Under the pieces are notes generated by a model. It was not told where the DNA came from. It saw only the letters and a program-made list of their open reading frames with translations, and made no database searches. A DNA stretch of 64,000 nt, from IMG/VR virus record IMGVR_UViG_3300025889_000070; one strand, given 5' to 3'. How positions within the stretch are numbered: position 1 is the stretch's first letter; each line of letters begins with the position of its first letter. Of this stretch, positions 1 through 9,924 are shown piece after piece. Position numbers and translations under genes: made by a program. The DNA is from a virus (taxonomy: Duplodnaviria > Caudoviricetes).

Positions 1-122
1 ACTGGTTATTTAGATCCAGACTTTGTACCTAAGTGCAAATGTAACAGTGTTTGCGTGTATAATGTGGTAGATAATTGTGAATGTGGCTCTAAAATACTAT
101 ACCATTATGGAGTTCAATATTA

Positions 123-452
123 ATGGATATTATTAAACTAACTGATTCTGCTAAGAAATATATTACCAGTGTAGCAAAAACACAGGAAAAACCCTATGTT
201 TGGTTTGGTGTTGACGGCGGCGGATGCAGTGGTTTTACCTATAAATGGGACTTCACAGATGCGGTAGATGAGGGTTTTGTTATAGAATGCGGAGATGGCA
301 TAAGCCTAATCGTTGATAAGGTAAGCGAAATGTATGTCTTAGGTAGCACAATAGACTACGTAACAGAACTAAGCGGCAGTTTCCTTAAAGTTATTAACCC
401 ACTTGCTGACAGCAGTTGTGGTTGCGGTGAAAGTTTTAATGTAAAATTCTAA
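123..452 (+). CDS. iscA: HesB/IscA-family Fe-S cluster assembly accessory protein
   Basis: GGGCSGF and C-terminal SCGCGESF motifs; 109 aa, typical size. Confidence 0.93.
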   Translation: MDIIKLTDSAKKYITSVAKTQEKPYVWFGVDGGGCSGFTYKWDFTDAVDEGFVIECGDGISLIVDKVSEMYVLGSTIDYVTELSGSFLKVINPLADSSCGCGESFNVKF

Positions 453-477
453 TAAATACCATAAACAAGGACGGTTT

Positions 478-2976
478 ATGGTAGCACCAGTTTGGGTCAC
501 TCCCCCAGGAACACTAGGCACTATAGTTGAAGAAGAATTTTATCAGATTCAACTGAATGCCAGTAACGCAGACACTTACGAACATCTAAGTGGCGAGCTA
601 CCTGCTGGCATACGCATCACTATCAACGGTAAGTGCGAAGGCTTCCCTAAAAATATTGATTATATCCAGGGTGTTCCCAAAGCAGTTAATCAAGATAAAA
701 CAAGTCAGTTTACTGTTAGAGCAACCAGTGATGATGGTTTTGTGGCGGACAGAGTTTTCAAACTTACTGTTACAGGTCCGGATGCTCCAGTAATAAACAA
801 ATTGCCAGCAAGCAATCTTGGTAGTTATTTTGATGGCGATCAAGTAAGTGTACAATTAACAGCCACGGATGCTGATACTGCTGATACACAAACCTGGAGA
901 GTTCTAGCAGGAGAATTTCCAGCAGGATTAACACTGAGCACCAATGGCTTAATAAGTGGATGGATAACACCACTGCCAACAGAAACTGGAGACAGTGGCT
1001 GGGATGTTAATAACTTTGATATAGGTAGTTTTGATTTTACTACAATAAGTAGGAGTGTTACTTACAAGTTTACTGTAGAAGTCAAAGACAACGGCGGGTT
1101 AACGCATACCAAAGAATACACCATGTTTGTTGCTAGCAGAAATACTCTAACAGCAGACACTAATTTGTATACAGCAGATTCTTATGCGTCAACTGTTAAT
1201 TCAACTTCAATTGAAAGTAAAATAACTGCTGATGCTGAAAATAAAAGGGTACCCTATTTGATTACCAAACCCACAGACTTTGGTGAAATTTTACATGATA
1301 ACTATTATAGTTTCCAGTTTGTAGGCAAAGATTTTGACGAAGATATAATTGAGTATACTATTACTACAGGCGCTGGACTTGGATTTGATGCACCTGGAGT
1401 TGGCTTTGACAGTGCAGGATTAGACAGAGGCGACTTAGAATTACCCCCTGGCATGGTGTTAAATACACAGTCAGGTTGGCTAAGTGGTTATGTTCCAGCA
1501 CAAGCAGCAACTAAAAAAGATTATAAGTTTGCCATTGCTGTAAGAAAGAAAAACTACCCTGAATATATAAGTGAATTAACCTTCTTTACGCTTACAATCA
1601 TAGGCAATGTAGCTGGTGTAGTTACTTGGCCCAGCGCCAATTTGGGAACAATAGATACAGGCGCTTTAAGTGAATTGGATGTTATTGCTAAAATCAACAA
1701 CAACAAAACAGTTAAGTATGAACTTAAAACTGGTTATGCTAACAGACTGCCACAGGGTTTACGCCTAGAACAAAATGGGTTAATTACAGGCAGAGTTAGT
1801 TTTGAACATTTTATGGTTGATACTGGAACAACTAGTTTTGATAAAAATAATACTCAGGTGAGTGAAACAACCTTTGAACGAAAGTACTCATTTACTGTCA
1901 GGGCCTACAGCGACGATCTTACCATAGATACCTTTACAACATTTAACATTACACTAAAACCCAGTAGCTTTAAGCCTTATGAAGCACTTTATGCAAAAGC
2001 TCTGGTTAACAGTGCACAAACAGACATCTTCAATACATTAATTAATAACACAGATGATATTGATCCAGATAATGTTTACAGACTTGGTGACTTAAATTTT
2101 GGCATCCAAAAAAATATTAGAGCCCTAGTAGCCAGTGGTTTAAAACCAGCCAAGTTAACAGATTATGTAGAAGCCATGGCTTATAATCATCATAATAATA
2201 CACTACGGTTTGGTGGTTTACGGGTAGCTACAGCTTACAAATCTGATGCGAAAACTAAACGATATGAAGTAGTTTATGTTACTCTAGTAGATAAGAGCAT
2301 GGGTACTGATCCTACAACTAAATTACCAAAAGCAGCTAAACAGCGAATTGACCTACAAAAACAGCAAAGCATTACTGCAATGACAGGTTTTAATAAACCA
2401 ATAACTGTAGATAGCTGGCAAATGAGTGTGGACAGCGGCGCATTTACTGCTGAAGAACACAATTATAGATATGCTTATCCTAATGCTATAGAAAATATGC
2501 GTGAACGTATTAAGACTGGTGTTGGGTATGCTGTGCTTGAAAGACTAACACTACCACAGTGGATGCAGGACAAACAACTAGATAATGCAGGAGAGATACT
2601 AGGTTATACACTTGCTGTTCCGCTTGTATACTGCAAACCCGGCACAGGTAAAAAAGTTGCTTTCCTAATAAATCAACGCATAACAAATAGTAGTATAGAT
2701 TTAAAGAAAATTAGTTTTGAAGTAGATAGATTTATACTTGATAATAATTTAAGTCAGCATTATAATAAAACAACAAATGCTTGGGCAGTATCAAATCAAA
2801 CTACATTTGATTTAGCAAAAATTGAAACTACACTGGATGGAGACGGCACAAGGTTCTTTGCCAGTGTAGACGTTTATGCTGATCCAGATCAAAATGATCA
2901 ATATTTAAAGTTCCCAAAACGAGATATCTTCCACTATGAACGTGCAAGTTCAGGATTTGAATATAATATTAGTTGA
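478..2976 (+). CDS. Virion structural protein, probable baseplate wedge/tail protein with repeated Ig-like (He_PIG-type) modules
   Basis: Repeated G.LP.GL.L...G.ISG modules each followed by Y.FTV.A; preceded by ATAAATA late-like motif. Confidence 0.7.
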   Translation: MVAPVWVTPPGTLGTIVEEEFYQIQLNASNADTYEHLSGELPAGIRITINGKCEGFPKNIDYIQGVPKAVNQDKTSQFTVRATSDDGFVADRVFKLTVTGPDAPVINKLPASNLGSYFDGDQVSVQLTATDADTADTQTWRVLAGEFPAGLTLSTNGLISGWITPLPTETGDSGWDVNNFDIGSFDFTTISRSVTYKFTVEVKDNGGLTHTKEYTMFVASRNTLTADTNLYTADSYASTVNSTSIESKITADAENKRVPYLITKPTDFGEILHDNYYSFQFVGKDFDEDIIEYTITTGAGLGFDAPGVGFDSAGLDRGDLELPPGMVLNTQSGWLSGYVPAQAATKKDYKFAIAVRKKNYPEYISELTFFTLTIIGNVAGVVTWPSANLGTIDTGALSELDVIAKINNNKTVKYELKTGYANRLPQGLRLEQNGLITGRVSFEHFMVDTGTTSFDKNNTQVSETTFERKYSFTVRAYSDDLTIDTFTTFNITLKPSSFKPYEALYAKALVNSAQTDIFNTLINNTDDIDPDNVYRLGDLNFGIQKNIRALVASGLKPAKLTDYVEAMAYNHHNNTLRFGGLRVATAYKSDAKTKRYEVVYVTLVDKSMGTDPTTKLPKAAKQRIDLQKQQSITAMTGFNKPITVDSWQMSVDSGAFTAEEHNYRYAYPNAIENMRERIKTGVGYAVLERLTLPQWMQDKQLDNAGEILGYTLAVPLVYCKPGTGKKVAFLINQRITNSSIDLKKISFEVDRFILDNNLSQHYNKTTNAWAVSNQTTFDLAKIETTLDGDGTRFFASVDVYADPDQNDQYLKFPKRDIFHYERASSGFEYNIS

Positions 2977-3009
2977 TAAATAATAATGTTCCCATGGAGT
3001 TAACAAAGT

Positions 3010-3741
3010 ATGGCTAGTAATATCAATGCAAATAACATAGACGGTACTTATCCTATCGCAGGCCAGGACAATGATAGTCAGGGTTTCCGGGATAACTTTA
3101 CTAATATCAAAACAAACTTTACAAATGCTAAGTCAGAGATTGAAGATCTCCAGAGCAAGGTAGTTCTAAAGAGCGCTTTGACAGGCACTAGTTTAAGCAA
3201 TGCTGGCGGCGGCTCTATTATGAGCGATTTCCGTTTCCAGGACATGAGCGAAACTAGAGTAGCAAAAGGAACAACGTCTGGTACAGTAACATTTGATTAC
3301 ACTGGCGGTGGTTATCAAACAGTAACAACCAGTGGCAGCATCAGTCTATCATTTAGTAATTTTAGTGCAAGTGGCACACTTAGCAGACTAAGAGTAGAAA
3401 TTACAGTAGCAAACGTTGCTCACACTGTTACACTACCTAGTAGTGTTACTATTGGTGCCAACACACTACAAGGCATCGTTCCAGCAACAAAAGTTATTAC
3501 ATTTGACGCTATCGGAACATATATTTTTGAATTTACAACAGATGATGCTGGTACAACAGTAGCAGTAAATGATCTTACTCGCAGTCGCGTAAAAGCAGAC
3601 GTTCGCACCCCAGCTAATATTGGACAGAGTGGCGACGTAGCAGGGCATGTAACAGTGGATAGCAGTTACATTTATGTTTGCACAGGCACATATGACGGTT
3701 CAACCGTTATTTGGAAACGTGTGGCAGTAAGTGCATATTAA
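3010..3741 (+). CDS. Virion structural protein (tail/baseplate-associated)
   Basis: T/S/G-rich beta-strand composition, N-terminal NDSQGFRDNF plus short coiled coil; late-like motif at 2976-2982. Confidence 0.6.
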   Translation: MASNINANNIDGTYPIAGQDNDSQGFRDNFTNIKTNFTNAKSEIEDLQSKVVLKSALTGTSLSNAGGGSIMSDFRFQDMSETRVAKGTTSGTVTFDYTGGGYQTVTTSGSISLSFSNFSASGTLSRLRVEITVANVAHTVTLPSSVTIGANTLQGIVPATKVITFDAIGTYIFEFTTDDAGTTVAVNDLTRSRVKADVRTPANIGQSGDVAGHVTVDSSYIYVCTGTYDGSTVIWKRVAVSAY

Positions 3742-3756
3742 ATTAAGGGTTAAACA

Positions 3757-4269
3757 ATGACTGAATATGGACCAAACTTTTTTAGAAAATACCTAGACAT
3801 TTTAGAAGCAACAACTGGTGCACAGGATGCAGAGGCAGCAGAAATACTCGCTCAGAAAATAGCAAAAGCTGGCAATACGGCTGCAGGTAAAAACATGCAA
3901 GATACTGCAATGGCAGATGTGATGCAGGGTGGACAGACCCTTAACCAAACACTAGGAAGCAAAGGTGCAGCTAATTTACCCGGAGTTACTCCTCAGGTTC
4001 AAGCAGATGCTCGAGCTGCTGCTGCCCAACTACAACAACAGCAACAAGCAGCCATGGCTACTCCAGGCGCAGGCGTTGGCGCCGTACTTCGTGGACGAAA
4101 AACTAGTGCAACAATGGGTAGTCAGCCTTACGGGTCTAAGGGCGAAATTGATATTGGCGCACAAACCGAATTAGATAAAGCTCAAGCACAAGCTAAGGCA
4201 AATCAACAGCGCAGAGCTGCCGCCGCATCCCAAAACCAACTTAATAATCAAGGCGGCGATTATAATTGA
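3757..4269 (+). CDS. Ala/Gln-rich protein, possible internal head protein
   Basis: N-terminus FRKYLDILE|A resembles N-termini of the 37-49 kb cluster; low complexity. Confidence 0.5.
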   Translation: MTEYGPNFFRKYLDILEATTGAQDAEAAEILAQKIAKAGNTAAGKNMQDTAMADVMQGGQTLNQTLGSKGAANLPGVTPQVQADARAAAAQLQQQQQAAMATPGAGVGAVLRGRKTSATMGSQPYGSKGEIDIGAQTELDKAQAQAKANQQRRAAAASQNQLNNQGGDYN

Positions 4270-4293
4270 CTTTAAAGACTCCTGTAGTATAAT
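4266..4293 (+). promoter_or_regulatory. Sigma70-type early promoter
   Basis: TTGACT (4266-4271), 16 nt, TATAAT (4288-4293). Confidence 0.7.
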
Positions 4294-4314
4294 AAGTGCT
4301 ACAGGAGTTTTTTT
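4278..4314 (+). terminator. Intrinsic terminator-like hairpin overlapping the promoter and the next RBS
   Basis: Perfect 10-bp stem ACTCCTGTAG (4278-4287)/CTACAGGAGT (4299-4308) followed by a T run to 4314. Confidence 0.75.
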
Positions 4315-4650
4315 ATGACAGATTTAAAAGAAATTAGACTATTCTTTGAACCAAAATTAGGCACTATCGTAAATCATAGCCAGATGTTCAACCACTACGC
4401 TAGCCATTGGTTAGATGGGTTTGACGCAGAGTGGGGTGGTAGTATCAGTATGGATGCTGGGCAAAAAGTACTAAAAATCTTTGAACCAGTGTACCAGTTT
4501 ATACTTCGCAATCCATCAGTGGCCTGTAAACTCTATTTAGAAGAGTACATCAGTAGAAATACTTTAATTGGATATTACGTTCACATGTACACAAGAGAAC
4601 TCAACAAAAACTTTCAACACTATAAGGTATTTGGAAATGAAGCAGATTGA
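4315..4650 (+). CDS. Hypothetical protein
   Basis: 111-aa ORF, AGGAG RBS, directly after early promoter. Confidence 0.65.
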   Translation: MTDLKEIRLFFEPKLGTIVNHSQMFNHYASHWLDGFDAEWGGSISMDAGQKVLKIFEPVYQFILRNPSVACKLYLEEYISRNTLIGYYVHMYTRELNKNFQHYKVFGNEAD

Positions 4651-5047
4651 TCTAAACAAATATTCAGAATTTGTAGATGCTGTTACCAGCAAAGAAAGCA
4701 AAGACAACAATAACTTTTCTTATCGTTGGACTACACTGGTTAATCAACGTGATGCCAACTTGCCACGATTGGTTACAGCCGCCCTAGGGCTCACAGCAGA
4801 AGGCGGAGAGTTTACAGAAATTGTTAAAAAGATTGTATTCCAGGGCAAGCCATTGGATGATGACAATATTTTTCACATGAAGCGTGAACTAGGAGACATC
4901 ATGTGGTATTGGGCAAATGCTTGTATGGCACTGGATTTAGATCCAAATGAAGTGATTGCTGAAAATATAAATAAATTAAAAGCACGTTATCCAGGTGGTG
5001 AGTTTGATGCTTACTACAGCGAAAACAGAAAAGATGGAGATCTATGA
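4637..5047 (+). CDS. mazG: MazG-like nucleoside triphosphate pyrophosphohydrolase
   Basis: LGLTAEGGEFTEIVKK...ELGDIMWY...NINKLKARYP all-alpha NTP-PPase pattern; start moved to ATG 4637. Confidence 0.85.
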   Translation: MKQIDLNKYSEFVDAVTSKESKDNNNFSYRWTTLVNQRDANLPRLVTAALGLTAEGGEFTEIVKKIVFQGKPLDDDNIFHMKRELGDIMWYWANACMALDLDPNEVIAENINKLKARYPGGEFDAYYSENRKDGDL

Positions 5048-5502
5048 AAGTATTAATATTTGGCTTACCAGGGAGCGGAAAAACTACCCTGGCACGGCCT
5101 TTTGCTGAACTAATTGGCGGCGTTCATATAAACGCAGATCAAACAAGAAAAAAATACAATGACTGGGATTTTACGCCAGAAGGACGTATTAGACAAGCAC
5201 AGAGAATGAGACATCTAGCAGACGGTGTTGTACTGGCTGGTAAGGTAGCAGTAGCAGACTTTGTTTGTCCTACTGAACACGCAAGACAGGAATTCGATCC
5301 AGATTTTACTGTATGGATGGATACTATTAAAAAATCTCAGAGTGTAAATGGACCAGCAGCGTCTGGAAGTACATTTGAGCAAACTGATAAGATGTTTGAA
5401 TCACCACCTAAATGTGATTACCATGTCAGCGAATGGTTTTTAGATACAAATGAACAACTATTACGAGTAGTAAAAACCTGGATGGAGCGAAACAATGTTT
5501 GA
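5044..5502 (+). CDS. Adenylylsulfate (APS) kinase-like P-loop kinase
   Basis: GLPGSGKTT Walker A; NAD.TR, DFTPEGRIRQ and ADFVCP resemble CysC. Confidence 0.75.
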   Translation: MKVLIFGLPGSGKTTLARPFAELIGGVHINADQTRKKYNDWDFTPEGRIRQAQRMRHLADGVVLAGKVAVADFVCPTEHARQEFDPDFTVWMDTIKKSQSVNGPAASGSTFEQTDKMFESPPKCDYHVSEWFLDTNEQLLRVVKTWMERNNV

Positions 5503-5905
5503 TTGGAAGAAGCCAACTACACAAATGCTGGGTCGCTGGCAACCCTGGCATGATGGACATACAGAACTGTTTAAAAGAGCCCTTGCTGAAACAGGACAAG
5601 TATGTATTATGGTACGCGATGTAGGTGGCATTATTGGAACCGACGCTGGAGATAATCGTACAACAGACCAAACAGACAATCCCTTTGACATGGTTACTGT
5701 AATACAGAATATCGAAGCTGGATTAAAAACTTCAGGCTTTACAAGAGGTGTAGAATATACTATAATACAAGTACCAAACATTGTAGATATTAGTTATGGC
5801 AGAGGTGTTGGTTATACATTCACTGAGCATGATCTAGGTAAAGAAATACATGATATTAGCGCAACCAAAATTCGTGCAAAGATGAGAAAACAAGGCAATC
5901 TTTGA
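5495..5905 (+). CDS. HxGH-type nucleotidyltransferase (cytidyltransferase-like)
   Basis: GRWQPWHDGH motif; C-terminal ISATKIR (KMSKS-like). Confidence 0.8.
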   Translation: MFDWKKPTTQMLGRWQPWHDGHTELFKRALAETGQVCIMVRDVGGIIGTDAGDNRTTDQTDNPFDMVTVIQNIEAGLKTSGFTRGVEYTIIQVPNIVDISYGRGVGYTFTEHDLGKEIHDISATKIRAKMRKQGNL

Positions 5906-6150
5906 TGCATCCCCTGGCACCAGATTTTTCAGACATGTCAGATGATGTCTTAAATGAAAATTTAAAAAAACTTCATACAAGATTAACTCAAGCATATAGA
6001 TCAGGCTCTCCTGTGGTTCCACAAATACAAATGCTTTTAGATGATTATACTGAGGAGCGGCGCCGCAGGGATAAAGAGTCCTTGGATAAAATCATGGAAA
6101 AAAGTAAAGAAAGTGGTAACGACTGGGACGACATTATTGATATTGGATAA
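5902..6150 (+). CDS. Hypothetical protein
   Basis: Coupled ORF with overlapping stop/start. Confidence 0.65.
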   Translation: MMHPLAPDFSDMSDDVLNENLKKLHTRLTQAYRSGSPVVPQIQMLLDDYTEERRRRDKESLDKIMEKSKESGNDWDDIIDIG

Positions 6151-6153
6151 ACG

Positions 6154-6783
6154 ATGATTACACTTAAACATAGATTTTTAGCAACTGTTATCATAGATGG
6201 ACAAATTTTACCTAATAGCTGGGAAATGTGCTTGAACATGATACCCAATCACAATGATCGAGCACAGGACATAAGCATTGTTACTGACAGGGTAAATGTT
6301 TGGATTGAAAGCATGCTGGATAATAGCATGTTAGTAGGTCCCAAGGATATGATTACACTCAGAGAAATGACCAGTCCATTCACTATAGGAGTTCATCCAC
6401 TACCGGATGAACCCTATGATAGAATACTTGCTATTTGCTTGTATACCAAGATTAGTAGTATAATGGAAAAGAAAATGTTTATTGACAGTATCTGGTTAGA
6501 AAGTTATCAGAGCGAAGGCATTAGTCACACATACACCAGTGAAGATGGTGATGTTGAACTATTGAGGCAACTAGTTGAACCTGGTGATGAAGAGTTTGCT
6601 GAATATTGGTATAGAAAAGACCCAGTGTTTTTTAGAGTGGATATTGAAGGTATACAACTCAAAGAACAAACCTGGCACGATCTAGGATTTGGGCTAGGTG
6701 AAAAATCAGATAGTAAGGTTGTTCCCTTTAACAAGTTCAAACCAAGAATTATTCCAGGTGACAAGGGAGATGATATTGGGTAG
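6154..6783 (+). CDS. Hypothetical protein
   Basis: 209-aa ORF in operon context. Confidence 0.7.
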   Translation: MITLKHRFLATVIIDGQILPNSWEMCLNMIPNHNDRAQDISIVTDRVNVWIESMLDNSMLVGPKDMITLREMTSPFTIGVHPLPDEPYDRILAICLYTKISSIMEKKMFIDSIWLESYQSEGISHTYTSEDGDVELLRQLVEPGDEEFAEYWYRKDPVFFRVDIEGIQLKEQTWHDLGFGLGEKSDSKVVPFNKFKPRIIPGDKGDDIG

Positions 6784-7288
6784 TTTAGACAGCTATGGCA
6801 GGCAGGTATATACTGAGAAAGATATTATAAACTTGTTATATACTAATCCTGGTGTTAATTTACGCAGTTTAAACATACAAGATGTAGATCAATTTAATCG
6901 TGCCAGTGAAATACTTTATACTGGCTATAAACTTGAAAAGACAAAGGATTTAGAGTGTACGCCCACAGAGTATCATAAACTTAATCAACAAAACTGGCAT
7001 ATGCCAGCAGAATACAAGGAACTAGATATAGCAAAATGGTGTTTAGACCGTTGCACACATACAGAACAATTACAGCGAGTTGGTGCAGAACTATTATTAT
7101 ATCAGGAACGTAACCTATTCCCACTGTTACAGTTCCTGCTTTATATGGTTGACATCATGCGTGAAAATAGTATAATATGGGGAGTAGGCCGTGGAAGTAG
7201 TGTAGCAAGCTATGTACTATACCTTATAGGGATACACAAAGTAGACAGTTTATACTATGATTTAGATATAACAGAATTTTTAAGATAA
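6770..7288 (+). CDS. Stand-alone fragment of DNA polymerase III alpha subunit (DnaE-like)
   Basis: ERNLFPLLQFLLYMVD...WGVGRGSSVASYVLYLIGI.KVD.LYYDL; GGAG RBS before ATG 6770. Confidence 0.8.
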   Translation: MILGSLDSYGRQVYTEKDIINLLYTNPGVNLRSLNIQDVDQFNRASEILYTGYKLEKTKDLECTPTEYHKLNQQNWHMPAEYKELDIAKWCLDRCTHTEQLQRVGAELLLYQERNLFPLLQFLLYMVDIMRENSIIWGVGRGSSVASYVLYLIGIHKVDSLYYDLDITEFLR

Positions 7289-7321
7289 ATATTATATGCG
7301 TATATTATAGGAGTTTAATCT

Positions 7322-7783
7322 ATGGCAAAAAGAACATATCGATCAGCACAGGGAAAACAGCTTGATTTGGGTGCTATATTAAGTCAAAACGAAAATGTGC
7401 CGGCACTGGGAAATATGAATGTAAATGCCCGCGGAGACGAAATTGCTCCTGACGGAACTATTACCAAAACACGTGAGCAGGTTATGCGTGAATATCATGA
7501 CATGAGTAATACTCAAATTCCCCAGGATGATCGTATTCCTGAAAGTGCTGAAGACACATGGCAGGACTGGGAACCAAGAATAGAACAAGAGCTTGTAAAA
7601 ACTAGCGAGCTAGCTACTGAAGATGTTGAAGAAGCGGCACCAATTGAAGATGTAGTAGAAAAACCAGTTGAGACTAAACCAAGTGCAGGACTAGCAAGTG
7701 CAGTTGCCGCAGCAAGAACAGTTAAATCAACTGTGATAAACAGGGAAGAGCCCAAAGAAGTATCAGGAGTAACCAGACTGTAA
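7322..7783 (+). CDS. Hypothetical protein, acidic C-terminal half
   Basis: AGGAG RBS; ATAAATA at 7285-7291. Confidence 0.7.
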   Translation: MAKRTYRSAQGKQLDLGAILSQNENVPALGNMNVNARGDEIAPDGTITKTREQVMREYHDMSNTQIPQDDRIPESAEDTWQDWEPRIEQELVKTSELATEDVEEAAPIEDVVEKPVETKPSAGLASAVAAARTVKSTVINREEPKEVSGVTRL

Positions 7784-7784
7784 A

Positions 7785-8147
7785 ATGCCAGTATCTATTA
7801 CAAACGTAACAGGAACTTTTAAGCCACTACATGCTGGCGTTCTTGTTAGACAGATGAAGTTCGATCAAATTACTACCAAGGGTGGTATTATTATTCCCGG
7901 AGACGACGGAGAACTACGAGGTATCCATCCGCGCTGGGCAGAGGTTATTGCTATTGGACCTGAGCAGGAAGACGTTACGGTTGGGCAGTGGGTTCTAGTA
8001 GCACATGGTCGCTGGAGTAGGGGATTCAATCTCAACGGAGAAACTTGTAGAACTGTGGATCCCAAAGACATCCTTATGGTCAGTGATGATCAACCTCAAG
8101 AAGATTTTACACCTCCAACAATGGGACACACTAACAATGCTAGTTGA
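7785..8147 (+). CDS. groES: Co-chaperonin GroES-like
   Basis: FKPL...VLV; TTKGGIIIPG mobile loop; AEVIAIGP; VTVGQWVL. Confidence 0.88.
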   Translation: MPVSITNVTGTFKPLHAGVLVRQMKFDQITTKGGIIIPGDDGELRGIHPRWAEVIAIGPEQEDVTVGQWVLVAHGRWSRGFNLNGETCRTVDPKDILMVSDDQPQEDFTPPTMGHTNNAS

Positions 8148-8322
8148 TATGCCACCTACTGCTGACGCAGGACTGCAAAATGAAATTCTAAAACGCAATG
8201 TTTATGAATTACAAAAGCAACTCACAGAGGCAAACAAGCGTATTAAAGAGTTACGAGAAGAACTTTATATTACAAGTCAAGAATTGACAGAAGCACAAAA
8301 TCTGTTAAACTATAATAGATAA
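8137..8322 (+). CDS. Small coiled-coil protein
   Basis: Heptad pattern; start moved to ATG 8137. Confidence 0.5.
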   Translation: MLVDMPPTADAGLQNEILKRNVYELQKQLTEANKRIKELREELYITSQELTEAQNLLNYNR

Positions 8323-8340
8323 CTTTTCTAAGAGGCAACA

Positions 8341-9258
8341 ATGAAAGAACTCTGGACTGAAAAGTACAGGCCGGACACACTTGATGGTTATGTGTTTCGT
8401 GATGATGCCCAAAAGCATCAGGTCGAAGGATGGATCGCCAGTGGTATGATCCCGCATTTGTTGTTTAGTGGGGCACCTGGTGTAGGCAAGACTACACTTG
8501 CAAAGATCCTTGTCAAGCAACTCGGAATAAACGATTTAGACGTGCTGGAGATCAATGCCAGTCGTGAGAACAGTGTAGACAATGTGCGTGAACGTATCAC
8601 TAACTTTGTAGCAACTATGCCTTTTGGTGAATTTAAAATAGTACTACTTGATGAAGCAGATTACATTTCGCCAAACGGACAGGCAGCATTGCGTGGTGTT
8701 ATGGAAACGTATAGCAGCACCGCACGTTTTATCCTAACTTGTAACTATCCTAATAAGGTTATTCCTGCGCTACACAGTAGATGTCAGGGCTTTCATATCG
8801 AGAAGATTGATACCACAGAGTTTACAGCACGTATTGCTACGGTGTTGGTAACAGAAGGCGTTGAGATTAATCTGGACACGCTGGACAGTTATGTAAAGGC
8901 TACATATCCTGATCTACGCAAGTGCATCAACCTAGTGCAGATGAACAGTGTAGATGGCAAACTAGTACGTCCACAGGAATCAGACAGCGCAATGGCTGAC
9001 TACAGGCTAGCAGTTGTTGACTTGTTTAAGGAAGGCAAACTGTTAGAAGCACGTAAACTACTGTGCAGTCAGGTACGTGCAGATGAAATGGATGAACTGT
9101 TTCGCTGGATGTATGACAATCTAGAACTGTGGAGCGACACACAGGAAGGCCAGGATCAAGCAGTGCTAATCATTGCTAAGGGCCTGCGTAACATTCCAAT
9201 GGTAGCGGATCAAGAGATCAATTTATCGGCTACGCTTATTGAGTTGACTCAGATATAA
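8341..9258 (+). CDS. Clamp loader AAA+ subunit (RFC small subunit / T4 gp44-like)
   Basis: WTEKYRP, GAPGVGKTT, LEINAS, LLDEAD, LHSRC. Confidence 0.93.
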   Translation: MKELWTEKYRPDTLDGYVFRDDAQKHQVEGWIASGMIPHLLFSGAPGVGKTTLAKILVKQLGINDLDVLEINASRENSVDNVRERITNFVATMPFGEFKIVLLDEADYISPNGQAALRGVMETYSSTARFILTCNYPNKVIPALHSRCQGFHIEKIDTTEFTARIATVLVTEGVEINLDTLDSYVKATYPDLRKCINLVQMNSVDGKLVRPQESDSAMADYRLAVVDLFKEGKLLEARKLLCSQVRADEMDELFRWMYDNLELWSDTQEGQDQAVLIIAKGLRNIPMVADQEINLSATLIELTQI

Positions 9259-9865
9259 ACTTATACATGTAACGTGTCATAATACTCTGACGTAAATTGC
9301 AGGGTATAGGATCACATCTATGCCATGCAAATTCATCCACACGCATTAGCCAACTCAAGTTTGGTGTAAATGGTAACCGTTTTATTTCCTGATCATTTTT
9401 GTCAGTAAGGCTTGTTCCCCAATGTTCTCCTCCATCACAGTACACATAAACTTGCCAAGCCAGATTCATAGTATAACCATCGTAGTGATTATGAACACCA
9501 TAGCCAGCATAGTCTTCCCAGAGGCTACTAGTAGTCCAACGATCACCAGCATACTCTAATCCTTGTAAACCATAAACTGCCTGTTGTATCTCTGTATGCT
9601 CCATAATGTTCAAGTAGTATTCCTGCCAAAAATCTATAGTGCCTTGCTCGGGTATGTAGATAGCACGATTTTGGTTAAATTCAGTGGGATTTTTACGAGT
9701 TTTATGGGTACCCATATCAGGCCAATTCTGCTTACAAAGTTCAAATAGCTCAGGATCTAGCGTATCTTCCAGGACAACATGCCAGTAGGGTTCCCATTCA
9801 ACAGTGGCTTGTTGTATTTTTGCAACAGTATATTTTCTATATTTTTCCCAGAAAATGGTAGACAA
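9236..9865 (-). CDS. 2OG-Fe(II) oxygenase-like protein
   Basis: HYD (HxD) followed by distal H (AWH) and R (LRQSI) of the DSBH fold. Confidence 0.65.
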   Translation of the reverse strand: MSTIFWEKYRKYTVAKIQQATVEWEPYWHVVLEDTLDPELFELCKQNWPDMGTHKTRKNPTEFNQNRAIYIPEQGTIDFWQEYYLNIMEHTEIQQAVYGLQGLEYAGDRWTTSSLWEDYAGYGVHNHYDGYTMNLAWQVYVYCDGGEHWGTSLTDKNDQEIKRLPFTPNLSWLMRVDEFAWHRCDPIPCNLRQSIMTRYMYKFISESTQ

Positions 9866-9924
9866 AAGTGTATCCTGTGCTATTATATAAGAGTAAGTTT
9901 AACAAGGACCAAAAGGATCAGTAC

